Assembly (NCBI GenBank): GCA_009602725.1
Contig: WELB01000023.1
Span: forward strand, 795,977 to 859,976
Length of the DNA stretch: 64,000 nucleotides
From: Spirogloea muscicola
Lineage: Eukaryota
Reading direction: 5' to 3'
Positions 1-11,139 of the stretch are shown here, in pieces (within the stretch, counting starts at the first letter, position 1; every line of letters starts with the position of its first letter). The notes below the pieces were generated by a model, which did no database searches, was not told the origin of the DNA, and saw only the letters and a program-made list of their open reading frames with translations. A program made the translations under genes and the position numbers.

Positions 1-1787
1 CTGCGACATTGGCAACCACTACCCGACCATCTACAGTCATAAGGACAAATGTCTCATCCTCCCCTGTGCTGCCTTTGGCCCCTGAATTTGCTTGTGAATT
101 GGATGCCACGTCCTCCACATCCATCTCAACAGCAGCGCCTACACTCTGCCAAGCGCGAGACTCATCAGCAGTAGCAACCGAGGCGGCTAGCGTAGGTGGT
201 GCACTTCTCCTTCTCTCATAGTCCCTCTTCTTCCTCCTGCCCTTCTCACTGGCAATCCACTTGCTGTCGAGGAGCTCAGCTACCATGAGTGCCCTCTCCT
301 TGGCCTGCTCTGGAGTATCTGTTGCTTTCCCCCTCCTCTTGCCTTGAGCACCACCTTTTGAGTTTACTGGGGTCCGTGCTGCAGCTGCTTGCTCAGATCG
401 GTCCGAGGCTGATGAGCCAGCCGAGGCCTGCTTGTCAAGAGGTGCGGATACAGCAGGACGTGACCTCCAGCCCCACCATCCCCAAGATTTTCGATCTTGC
501 AGGTGCTGCATTGAACATTGCCAACAGTACAGCATCAGTACAGGTCTGCAATGCAGATGTCACAAGAGGTAACAGTATGCTGCATGTGCCTGTCAAGATC
601 ACCTTTGCTGTCTCTTTGCCTTCCTTCTGCTGGCTTGCCTCCAGAAAGAGCTTGGCAGACATGGGAGCCTCCCTGCATATGCAGGTGACTGGACAAAGCG
701 TAAGCGACGTGGCAGTGCATCTCTCCTGCTGCCAATGATAGGCAACAGTAGCAAGGCATTGCTTCATTCCAATATAACCTATGGCTGACCTTAAAGCAAC
801 CGAAGCCTTCTCCACAACCTGATGCCACGCAAGCTCCTTTTCAATTTCCTGCTTGAGTTTCATATCCTCCTCTGTAAGGAATTCTGACATATTCACAGAA
901 TCCACAGAGCTGGACCTGTCCCGTGCTCCCAATGCAGGCTCGTCTTCAGCAGCGACGACTTGTTCGGAAGTGCAGGCCTCCGCTTCCATTGGAGAGTCTG
1001 GGGCAATATCTGCGTCTGAAGACTCGCCTTCTGGATGGCGGAGGGCATCTGGCAGCTTCACAAGGTTCTCGTCCTTGCCACTCTGGACATCATCTACAGA
1101 GTTCTGCCGAGAAGTCTGGACATCATCTGTTGAGTTCTGCCGAGAAGGTGCTGCTGACGTAGTAGTGGACATCTCTCCAGCCTCAAGTAGCAGAGGCTCC
1201 AGGGAGGGTCCTCCATCCTCTGCTGGAAGCGGGTCAAACAGCGGGTCATACGTGCCTTTCCTGTCCTCTTGCTATTCAACTCTTGACTGGGAACGTGTAG
1301 GGTTGCTCAGACGCTGAACCAGCTCAATGACTGGCAGTGCAGGTCATTTCATAAGGAAGGTCCAGCTGTGAAGCACACACCTCGCTCGTCCGCGTCCTGC
1401 AGGAAGTAGGCCTCGCCCTTGTGGTCGAGGAACATAGTCAAATTGGCTTCGACACCGTCCACCGCGATCTGGACGACCTTCTCGCGCCGCTTGAGCACGC
1501 CCTGGAACTTGCCGAAGCGCACGTACCAGGGCGACGTCTGCAAGGCCGCCAAGGCCGTCGGTGTACGTCAGGTGAAGCCAGAGCCATGCGGCCGAGTTCC
1601 AAGCTTCTCGGCGGCAGCTTGAGGGCCTAGGCGCCTGCGCGAGCTGCGGCAAAGCGGCTGGCAGGGCCACCTTGAAGGTGCCATCCTCCTGCTCGACGAC
1701 GATGATGTCCACGGCGCCGCCAAAGGGGTGGAAGGGCCCGGAGACGGTGTACAGGCCCTGCGAGAGGAAGCGCCCCGCGGAGTACAT
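1..1787 (-). CDS. PAH1: Lipin / phosphatidate phosphatase (PAH), 5' part; continues past the left edge of the window
   Basis: N-LIP domain over exon 1787-1671 ([39 protein letters not shown]) and exon 1537-1381 ([45 protein letters not shown]), with GT-AG junctions. Likely exon 3 acceptor at 1222. The open frame near the edge has plant-PAH-like motifs [14 protein letters not shown] and [13 protein letters not shown]. Exon limits between ~500 and ~790 are uncertain. Confidence 0.92.
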
Positions 1788-2054
1788 GCCGGCGGGGCGG
1801 GCGCCGCGGTCATGGAGGGGGGGCCCCGGCGCGGCCCGCGGGGGGGGATGGGGGGAGCGGCGGCCCCCCGCGCCACGGGGACCCCCGCGACGGCGGCAGG
1901 AACGGGGGGAGACGGTGTTGGTGACTGGGCTGATACCAGGCCGCGCCCGACGGTCGGGGGGGGGCGGCGGAACGTGCTCGCCGCGATGGGCATGGGACAG
2001 TGGGTCAGGTACATGGGTCAGGCCGCACGCGACAGGGGGTGGGGAGCTTCGCCT

Positions 2055-2545
2055 GCCTTCGGACCTTGTCCACTCTTTCCGGCCCCTCCGAACCCTTGTC
2101 CATTCCTTTTGGGCTGGCTTTTCGCAGCCCTTGCCGCCATTCAGAGTGCCACTTCTCTCTCTTTCTTCCTGCACTCGACTCTGCCTGAACAATGTATTGG
2201 CTTGAATTGGCCTCCCTTTCAATTCATGCGCCCCGCGCGCCTTCTCTCTTTCTTACCATAGCATCCTCAGGCCCCTTTGTAGCTGCTCACCGCTCTAAGG
2301 CCCCTCTGAACCTTTGTGAATTCTTTTTGGGCTGGCTTTTCGCAGCCCTTGCCCCCATTGGGAGTGCCACTTCTCTCTTTCTGAGTGGCGAAGTAACACT
2401 CCACCAGACAGAAATTGCGCGCCCATAGAGAAGAGGGGCTGGCAAAGCCAGCCTAAAAACAATGGACAATGTCCAAAGCCAAAAAGAGGTGCCGAAAAAG
2501 GACTACGCTACCAAACACGACAACATACTAGGGAAGCTCAGTACC
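2055..2545. mobile_element. Stack of retrotransposon 3' ends (types A, C, A on +; type B on -) just upstream of the lipin ATG
   Basis: Segments match the 3' UTRs that follow the CRE-like ORF stop codons elsewhere in the window. They are separated by TCTCTCTTTCT(T) at 2156, 2243 and 2372. Confidence 0.8.
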
Positions 2546-2628
2546 CACCACTCATCAATAGACGACAGTCCATTCACTCCCGTCGGGCGCGCCGCTCCGG
2601 GCCTCGCTTCCCGCCGTTGGGCCGAAAG

Positions 2629-4704
2629 AAGTGGCACTCCCAATGGGGGCAAGGGCTGCGAAAAGCCAGCCCAAAAAGAATTCACAAAGGTTCAGAGGGG
2701 CCTAAGAGCGGTGAGCAGCTACAAAGGGGCCTGAGGATGCAATGGTAAAACAGGGGGAGGATGGATCACTCAATAAGTACGAGTGAGGAGCCTCAGATCT
2801 GACAGACTAGCGGCCGGGAAGCTATCACCCTGACGAAAGCCAGAGCCCGCAGCGAGAGCACGGCCAGCTCGCAGATGCAGAGCGTGGGCCATGGACCGCT
2901 GCAGGGATACAGAGAGGCGCATCCGATATACCTGAGCCCACGAGCCCGCGGCGTTGAAGTCGGCTGGCTCGCCGCGTCTGCGGGACACAGCCCGCCGCGC
3001 AAGCCTAGCCAATAGGTCAAGCCACTGGGACCCAAGAGCCCCGTGCACGTCCACCGCCAAGGGGACGAACTCGTCGGCAGGTGGGTGGTCGGAGTGCTTG
3101 GCCGCCTTGCAGCGAGCGGCCTTCGAGGCAGCGTGGCCGGCCCGCGAGGCAGAGAGCCCCAGGTTGGAGCGGTCGACCACATCGGTGGTGACTACATCGG
3201 CTATGATCCGCGCGCCACCTCCCGGCGTGGACGCCACCAGGTCCACACGACGCGTATGGTGTCCGTCAGCCCTCTCGAGGATGGGCATGACCGAGGCGTT
3301 CTCCATCGCTACCGTGTAGCCCGCCTCCTGAAAGATCCCGAACATAGCATCACGCAAGAGGTCGTGCGCAGCTGTTCGTTCGCCTCCAGTGGCGCAGCGG
3401 AGGAGATGCGCCGCCAGCTCCGCCGGGTCCGTCGACCGCTCCCCACATTCGCACTGCAGCACGCCCAGCAGGCAGGGCGGGGGGAGGCCCAGCAGGCGAT
3501 GCGTGGCCGTGCGGAACAGCTCGTCCGGCAGCCTGAGCGCATCATACAGTGGGAGCGCAGAGAGCCAGGCTGCCGCGCCGGGGGAGGCGGCCGACAGCAG
3601 CCGAGCACGGCCGCGCACGTCGCCTGCGGGGAGGAGCTGCAGCGTGTCCGTGAACGTCGCCTTGTCCACAGCAGCCATGTATCGCGCCTGCGCCTGCGAG
3701 TCGGAGGTGTGGGCGAGGTGAGCGAAGGGGACCACGCTCTCTGCAAGGGCCGGATGCTCCGCGAGTAACCCGTCCTGGGCTGAGCGGAGGGCCTCCTGGA
3801 AAGGCAGCGAGCCAGTCGCCACCTCCTCCACAACCTGCTGCAGCAGGGGCCGCCCATCATGGAGGAAGCGCTGCGCCACCGACGTGGCGACCTGTGCCCA
3901 ACTGCCGAGGAATGCTGGCCTGCAGACGCGCGCGAGCGAGCGGCAGCCGAGGCCGCCCTGGCCAGGGGGCAGTGTGGCCTGGAGCGTAGCGGCTGACGAG
4001 GCAAGGAAGCCATCGTGGCGGATGAGGGCCGCCGCGCCCTCCATGACCCCCGTGTCGAATGTGGTGTAGGCCGCCAGCACCGCGGGGCAGGGAGGGGTCG
4101 TCCGCGCCAAGTAGTGAGGACGCTGCACAATGCATCGATTGAGCATGGCAAGCGCCAGCTGCATGTCCTGCAGCTCGGGGAGGCGGGCCACTGGCTGGAG
4201 GTGCTCCTGAAGGCGGACGCGCAGTTGCCCGTCGACGAACGCTGGCGTGCCGAACGGGACCCCAAGGATGGTGAGGCCGCTTGGGGGAGTTTGGCACCCA
4301 GGCGGCAGGGGCAAGGCGGCAGGGAGGACACGCGGCGACCACGCGGTACACTTCTCCGGGCGGATGGTCATGCCAAGGGCGGCCAGCTGCTGCTGGAAGG
4401 TGACGGTGGCTGCCGAGACCTCCCCCGGGCTGCCGACGAGCGTGGTGTCGTCGGCGTAGGACGGCAGAAGGACGCCAGGGTGCGCCGCCGCGGTGGCCCT
4501 GAGAGCGCGGCTGTGAGCCAGCGCGAAGAAGAACCCTGCTAGAGGATCCCCCTTGCGTGTGCCCGTCCTCGACTGCAGCGTCTCCATCTCGCCACTCCCT
4601 GTCCGCCATAGAAGGTCGCTGGGCTGGCCGTAGCCCAGGCGGAAGAAGGGGATGAGGGACGGGAAGGCCGCTCGCAGCTCCTCGGCGATGGCGCTGCGCT
4701 CGAC
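2629..4704 (-). mobile_element. 5'-truncated CRE-clade-like non-LTR retrotransposon (RT, CCHC knuckle, RLE endonuclease) with type-A 3' UTR
   Basis: ORF ends at 2770. RT motifs GTRKGDPL and YADD; CECG...HLLRC knuckle; HD...RRVD...ADV...KxxKH RLE-type motifs; C-terminus SDLRLLTRTY*. Flanked by an exact 8-bp direct repeat GCCGAAAG (2621-2628 and 4705-4712). RT sequence upstream of VERSAI is missing. Confidence 0.9.
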
Positions 4705-4909
4705 GCCGAAAGGTAGCTCGAGACGGGGTGGCGGACGGTGGCGGAGAGGCGCTTCGAGCCACTCGGCGGACTGGGGAATGAGGCGCCGGGGTCGGGCGGG
4801 GGAATCTTCGCCCACGGCCCCCCTCCCTCCAACCCCGGCCGACGTGGCGCCTCCCTGCCGGACAGCCCCAACGCCCGTCCTTCCTGCCACTTGGCCCGCC
4901 CGCCCGGTC

Positions 4910-6665
4910 GCTTTCGGGCTGGCTTCTCACAGCCCTTGCCCTCATTGGGACGCCACTTCTCACAGCCCTTTCCCCATTGGGCAAACACAGCCATGGACCC
5001 TTTACTGGAAAAGAGTCTTCCTTCTGTCTTCTTGTCCATTCTTTTTGGGCTGGCTCTGCCAGCCACTCTTCTCTATGGGCGTGCACATTCTTTGGGCTGC
5101 CCTTTCACTTTCCCTTTTTTCCTCTATGGGCGAGCACTTTCTTCTTTCACAGCCCACAGCCCAAAAGTTTTGACGAAGTCCGAAGGGCCAAAACCGCTGT
5201 CTCAGATAGGATAGGATTGACCACTTGGTAACCTCGAGTGAGGAGCCGCGAATCCGAAAGACTAGCAGCCGGAAAGAGAACAGTGCGTCCAAAGCGCGGA
5301 AAGCAATCCCCCTGACGAAAGCCAGAGGCAGCAGCTAGAGCACGACCAGCACGCAGGTGCAAGGCGAGGGCCATGGACCGCTGGAGGGAGGTGGAGAGGC
5401 GCACACGACAGACCTGAGCTAGCGAGCCAGCGACGTTGAAGTCAGCCTGCTCACCTCGCCTGCGGGACACAGCGTTGCGCAAGCCGGGCCAACAGGTCGA
5501 GCCACTGGGACCCGAAAGCCCCGTGCACATAGACGGCCAGGGGTACGGACTCGTCCCCTGCTGGGTGGTCTGCGCAGCTTCGTCGCTTTGCTGCGAGCGG
5601 CGTTCGCCGCTGCATGGCCAGCCCTCGAGGCGCCCCGGAGTGAAACGGTCCACCACACACTGTGGTGACAACGTTGGCGATGACGCGCGGGCCGCCGCCC
5701 GGCGTGGTGGCCACCAGGTCGACCCACGGTGTGCAAGGCTGCTAGAGGGAAAAAGCGCAAATGTGCAGTTCATCCTGCCGGTGATGAGTTTGTGGCACTG
5801 GCGATGGACGTGGACGGGGCATTTGGCAGTTGGTGGCTGGACCCTCTGCAGCCCCTTCGAAATTTGTTCATTCCACTTCCTGAGCTGGCCAATCACAGCC
5901 ATCACCTTCTACTGGACAAGTCTTTATTTCTCTCTGCAGCGGCTTGCATGATGGGGCCATCGATCATCGGCAGGGACAGCAAGGTCAGCTGCCCGGCTTC
6001 AACGCCGCCAGATGTCCAACGTGAGGCTATCCATATCCTTCCAACGGTCCCAGCTCACGCAGTGCACTAGCGGGCAGGCCGCGCTTAGCTGCTACTTCTG
6101 GGTCTGGTCGGAGTGCATCCTTTCCAGCTGCAAGTTTCTTAGACTTGCGGCTGCTGACGCAGGGTTACTAAGCTCCCACTCGCTGTGGCCTCTTGCATAG
6201 CTGTGTCGTTTTGGCGCCTTCCGGCCCTTTGGACCTTGTTAATTATTTCTTGGCTGGCTTTTCACAGCCCCCGCCCCCTTTGGAAGAGCTCACTCCTTTC
6301 ACAGCACTTGCTCCCTTGAAAGTGCTGCTTCTCTTCAACGGATGCTGCTTGTCCACTCTTGTTTATTCTTTTGTGGCCTGGCTTCCACTTTACACTTTCA
6401 CACTTGCAGTTGCGTGCAGGCCGTGCCCTGGCTGCAGCCTACGGCTATTGGCTATCTATCTGGCTGCTAGTAAATTTGGACTTTGGCTGCTTACCAGAGT
6501 CACTGAGCTATCATCCTTTGGGTACTAATGTCATCTTAGGTACCTTAGATTAGGTCTCCGTATTATGTAGCATTGTTTAGTCTGCACTCGACTCTGCCTG
6601 AACAATGTATTGGCTTGAATTGGCCTCCCTTTCAATTCATGCGCCCCGCGCGCCTTCTCTCTCCC
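4910..6665. mobile_element. Cluster of degenerate CRE-like 3' fragments
   Basis: RLE fragments at ~5228-5740 (-) and ~5765-6170 (+), with translations such as DEFVALAMDVDGAFGSWWLD and RLSTSLQRSMALALHLRAGRALAA...SDSRLLTRGY. Type A/B tails at 4915-5140 and 6220-6300. Type-C 3' UTR at 6529-6662, starting right after GGG TAC TAA (GY*). Confidence 0.82.
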
Positions 6666-6899
6666 TTAGTGATACCTGCGTGCTATCCGCTGTCCGTCTC
6701 TTCTTCTTTGTCGGATTTTTCAAGTGCCCACTCGTGGGTACTTACGCCACACTGTTACTCAGCCACCTTAGCAAAGGGCTTCCTCTTAAGTAGCCCCGAC
6801 TTCTGCAGAACTCTGAGCTCATCAACACCGACACGACAACCCTGTCTCTTTGCATCGACTTTGAATGTCATCAGACATAGGAATGGCTGCTACAGTGTC

Positions 6900-7850
6900 T
6901 GAGCGGCAAGTTTCCATTCCACGTGTGTACTAACACCAACTTAAGTCCAACTTCTGCAGGCCAAAGGTGCCATTAAGCAGATACAAGTGATAGCCCCAGA
7001 GCCCTGCAACGAGACGCACATATATTCGACAATGATTGGACTTGGCGCAAATACGGCAGGAACAAAATGAAGAGCTCGCCAAATCCTCGCAATTACTTCC
7101 ACTGCAGTCTGGAGGACTCTGACCAGCCATGCCTGGCATAGAAGCAATGGAGTTTCTAAGGACGACAAGAATGTGCTTGTTGTCCCTTATTAATGCTATC
7201 GTACCTTCGATTGCGCATATTCCCACAAAAGTCGAACACCCTAGATTGGGCATTGGTAGGCTTGTCTCGCGTCCAAAGATCATGTGGCCTCGTGCATTCC
7301 ACTGCATTATTTGACCACCTGCTCGTGTAATGTGTGTCATGGCTTCAGCCCAGGACTCAGGTGGAGTAGAAGGATGGAAAAATTAAGATTGGCAGTCTTC
7401 ATCACAGATTTGTTCCATCTTCTATGACTACACTAATTGGCGACGGTAATATGCTGACATTTGCCGGTGTATGCCTTGTTTCTGAGTTGTAATCCACTTG
7501 GATTGATCGATGTGCTGTCTGGTCGTTCATCCTATTTCTCCCAACTCTCTTGCTTCTTTTTGTGAAGCAGGCGAGCCAGCACATACAGCGTCAACTGCTC
7601 CCTAGCTACCATCTGGAAGTTGTCGTACGAGCACCGCATTCAGGTGGAAGTCCCATGAGGATGGTGAGCACCTGATTCCTAGCTAGAACTGCCTCTCCAA
7701 TGTTCCGCGATTGCAGCGCCAAGCCTTCACTGTTCCCACAAAGTCCTGTACAGGCTCGTCTTCCTTATCGCGTACATTCTCCAGGCCCCTGTCAGGATGG
7801 AACGCGCTGTCACTTTTACCAATCTCAAACTTGCCTTTAAGGTCAGACAT
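6900..7850 (-). mobile_element. Degraded Ty1/Copia-like relic (gag UBN2-like and pol fragments)
   Basis: Minus-strand pieces LENVRDKEDEPVQDFVGTVK and (frameshifted) IGEAVLARNQVLTILMGLPPE resemble Copia gag. PESWAEAM near 7350 resembles the motif that precedes Copia RT. No LTRs identified. Confidence 0.45.
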
Positions 7851-8528
7851 TTATCTCGTTTGCGAGTGGCTCAACGATGATGCAGACCAGCTAGTCCTCA
7901 GGTGGATTGACTTCAGTGGTACTAGCTAGAGCGTTCTTCCCAGAGGTCGGCTGACAGAGCTCTGAATTTGCTGGGGTTCTACAGCACCCCCATAAGCAGC
8001 TCTGTTGCCTTGTACCTCCAGATTGTCTAGTATGCATGCATGACAGCTTGGGAGTGAAAACGGGCTACGAAGCAGCCCAGCTGGCCCAATCTTAATGGTT
8101 ATCAGAGCTGACTACATTTCGCATTGCATCTCCCTATTACCTTCGACAGCCGCCACCGCCGATTCTTGTTTTCCCCAACAAAAAGTACTCAGCTTGCCAT
8201 TTTCCCTTTCCAAAGGACCAGCAGCTCGCCCTCGACTCGGTGGTACCGACACAATTCAGCTTATGGCGGCAGACAGATCAACATTCATATAGGCTCAGCT
8301 CGCACTCAAGGTGGAAAGCAGCAAAAGCTTGGGCATGCACGCAGGCTCGCTCGCCTCAATAACAACAAGAGTGTTTGGCTTTGGTAAAAAAGCCCGATGT
8401 ACTGGTGCTCTCATTACAGACAAGCACTTCAACTGACCACTTGGCTGGATTAGTAATTTCCGCCCAGCTAGTTCACTACGTTACTATAATCATCACCAAT
8501 CTTGGTGGCTCAGCTCACACTCAAGTTG

Positions 8529-10530
8529 CTATGCATTTGGTAGAGGATTGCCGCCGTGGAACAGCCCTCTACCTAAAGCTACCTGCTTGCTTTTATCTTT
8601 TGCCACCTTGTAATGCTTGCACGCCCAGCAAGTAAATCCCAACACAGTTGTGGTTGTTATTACAATGCCGTATCCTGGGAGCACACCAACACCAACAAGG
8701 CTGGATCTGATTGCAAGCTGGAGCACCCCTGTGCTGAACAACTTCGTAGTAAGTGATTGCCAGGCAGCACTTCCAAGTACGCCTCCAGATTTACAATACA
8801 ATATCAGGCAGGATGTGCTTGCAAGCTTGATCAACTCCGTGCCCAACAACTTCATAGAAACTGCTTGTGAGGCACCTCCAAGTACGCCTCCAGCTGCAGA
8901 CCACAATGCTCCCTTCACGAGAGTATGACAGACAGATGTTGGGCGGTCAGGTCAAGATATGTTCCTTGAGGAGTTCAGGTTTCTTCATCTCTACGTTCTT
9001 GGGACGAGCAGACTGATCCACACCTGATACAGACAACTACAGTTCTGTGTATGGGCACTGCAACCAGGGTAAGCAGGTTAAAGACTACCTCCAGTGCAAC
9101 ATGTTGAGGTTGCCATCCTAGAATCATAGATTTCCCCATTGGTGCACCAGACTCATCCAGGTCACAAATCACCCCCTTCGACTGGATGTAAGGCTGTCTA
9201 TGCAAGTCAGTGCTGCCACTCATGATAAAGCGACCCATTCCTTCTGGCATCTCAATAATGTCTTCATCACAGGTAGCAATAATAGCGTCGCGATGGTAGA
9301 CAACCTCCACGCCTTCTAGCAGCACCCCACTCGAGCGCGTTGCCTAGACCTTCTCTATTGCACTCTTTGGTGTCCTGCAGCACATTACATACTTTTTCCT
9401 CATATCTTTATTGCCTCCATGGCCCAGCGTGACGAGAAAGAATCACTGAAGCTTGTCTTGAACAGTCAGCTAGACTGTATCACTGCAAAGCCTTTATAAA
9501 GTTGAGAAGCGAGCCAGGACTGCTGGGTGAAGCATTATGTTGAATGTAAAGCACGAATAACTGAGATCGCATAAGTGAGATGGCAGTGCGCCATTCTTGA
9601 GATGTTGCGACTTACCTTGCCAAGTGACGCTCTTGCATGTCTTCGGTGAAGTCGTTGCAGCACATCAGATATGCAGTTTCAGTGGCAGGGATGAATACAC
9701 CATGCTGAATTGACTTCAAATCCTTGAGAAAACCGCGTGCTCTGTCGGAGACTCTATCAGCTGCTCGGATGACCAGGCCGGCCTCTTTCGTTGAAGCCAT
9801 TCTTGTAGAGTTCTCAGCAATTGTATTCGAACTCTGAGCTGTACTAGCCTGAGCTGCAGCGCCTACGACAGTGCAGCTGCACCCTGACGAGAAAAACAGC
9901 GAATAGTCAAGAAACACTGAGTAATCGGAGGCGAAAGTTCGTCCAAGGCAAGGACTATACAGGTCGTGAGACCCACAGTTTTTCATTGCTTCAATCAGCA
10001 GTTTGTGCCTGGCATGAGCACAGCCTGTATGTCGGACCAAGCCTGCCGATGATGCAGCAAGCAGCACTTGACTTAACAAGCAAAAGCAGGCTTGCCAAAC
10101 CAATTATCTGACAGCTTTGCGCCAAGGCTGGAATGTTCCGTTTCACAACCTTGCTTGTGGCATCGACCGAGTGCAGTGCTTTCTTTGCGTCCGGCGCTAG
10201 TTCTTTGTAGGCAACGCTTGCATCGCCAACCTTGGTGAAACCATCCTGAGCCGACTCTGCCGCTTCTTTTGCTGCTCCCGCTGATTCCTCGAATTTATCT
10301 GCACAGTGAGGACAGCTCGTGTAGTAGTAGATGTGTCGTTACGTTGCCTAGGGAGCCAAAGGTGGAGGCAGTGTGTATTCACTTGGTTTGCTGACTAGGG
10401 CAACCTCTCTAAGTGAAAGCAAGCAGACAGCCTTACCAGTGGCCCGTGAGGCTGTTCCATCGAGCTTGTCAGCAGAGTCGGTGATGGCTCTACCTACAGT
10501 CTTCGCTGGTTTGCTGAGGGGGTTGCCCAT
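8529..10530 (-). pseudogene. Copy 1 of an unidentified tandem-duplicated gene (MGNPLSK...)
   Basis: Colinear with 12016-14168. In-frame TAG at ~9345 (AIEKV*ATR vs AVKKVMAMR in copy 2) and a deletion in the helical exon. Confidence 0.7.
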
Positions 10531-11139
10531 TGGGAGAGTGCGCTTGGGTACTCAGAACCCTCAGGCTTTGAGAAGGCTCATCAGCCACACTTGGTCAGGC
10601 GCTCAGGGGAGGCCTCGCGAGAAGTCGTGAAGAAGGTGTGAGTTGAGGGCAACACTAGAGCGTCTGCTCGCCCCTTGGCTATCCGGAGCTCGACGTGTTG
10701 GCGGCACAGACCATCCAGTAACACCTCAAGAGCAAGGCGCCAGGCCTAGCCGGCTAACTGAGCAAATTAGTGGCACTCAAGGGCGATGGGAAGGTCAGCC
10801 CTTTTGCACTGCCTCCTCAGCTGCCTCCGTCCTGTGGCGGCACTGAAGCGGGACCGAGCGCCAATGGCCGCGCTTAGCTGCCGCGTCAGTCCGGCGGTGG
10901 ACACTGCCCTCGCTTGTCTGAGCGCGTGCCTGCCTGAGCGCCAGGGCCCAGGCCTTGGAGTGGGCGAGCCTGGCACGGGAGCCTCCAGGGCTGCCCCGCC
11001 ATGCCCGCCAGAGTGAGCATGGACCGCCATAGCCAGCACGCCCGAGCATGGAGTGACGCCGGGCCGGGTCCACCGCCGGCATACGTGCCGCCGCATGGCA
11101 GACCTGCCTCTTCGACGTGGCACTCGAGGTGTCGTCGAC

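Noticed and set aside
2100..2700. Recurrent palindromic GGGCTG...CAGCCC motif as a CRISPR-like array or self-cleaving ribozyme
   Set aside because: Spacing is irregular, orientations are mixed and there are no cas genes. I could not fit a hammerhead core (CUGANGA/GAAA) or an HDV pseudoknot. The motif's position after RLE ORF stop codons explains it.
2253..2748. ~125-bp inverted repeat suggesting a MITE or hairpin RNA
   Set aside because: Explained by two type-A 3' UTRs inserted in opposite orientations; the right one belongs to the TSD-bounded 2629-4704 element.
2793..5214. Numerous long overlapping ORFs (e.g. 3309-4331, 3857-5086)
   Set aside because: These are shadow frames of the GC-rich retrotransposon ORF.
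5228..6170. Head-to-head RLE fragments as a twin-priming inversion
   Set aside because: Both arms cover overlapping parts of the ORF, are diverged from each other and carry their own 3' UTRs, so they are independent insertions.
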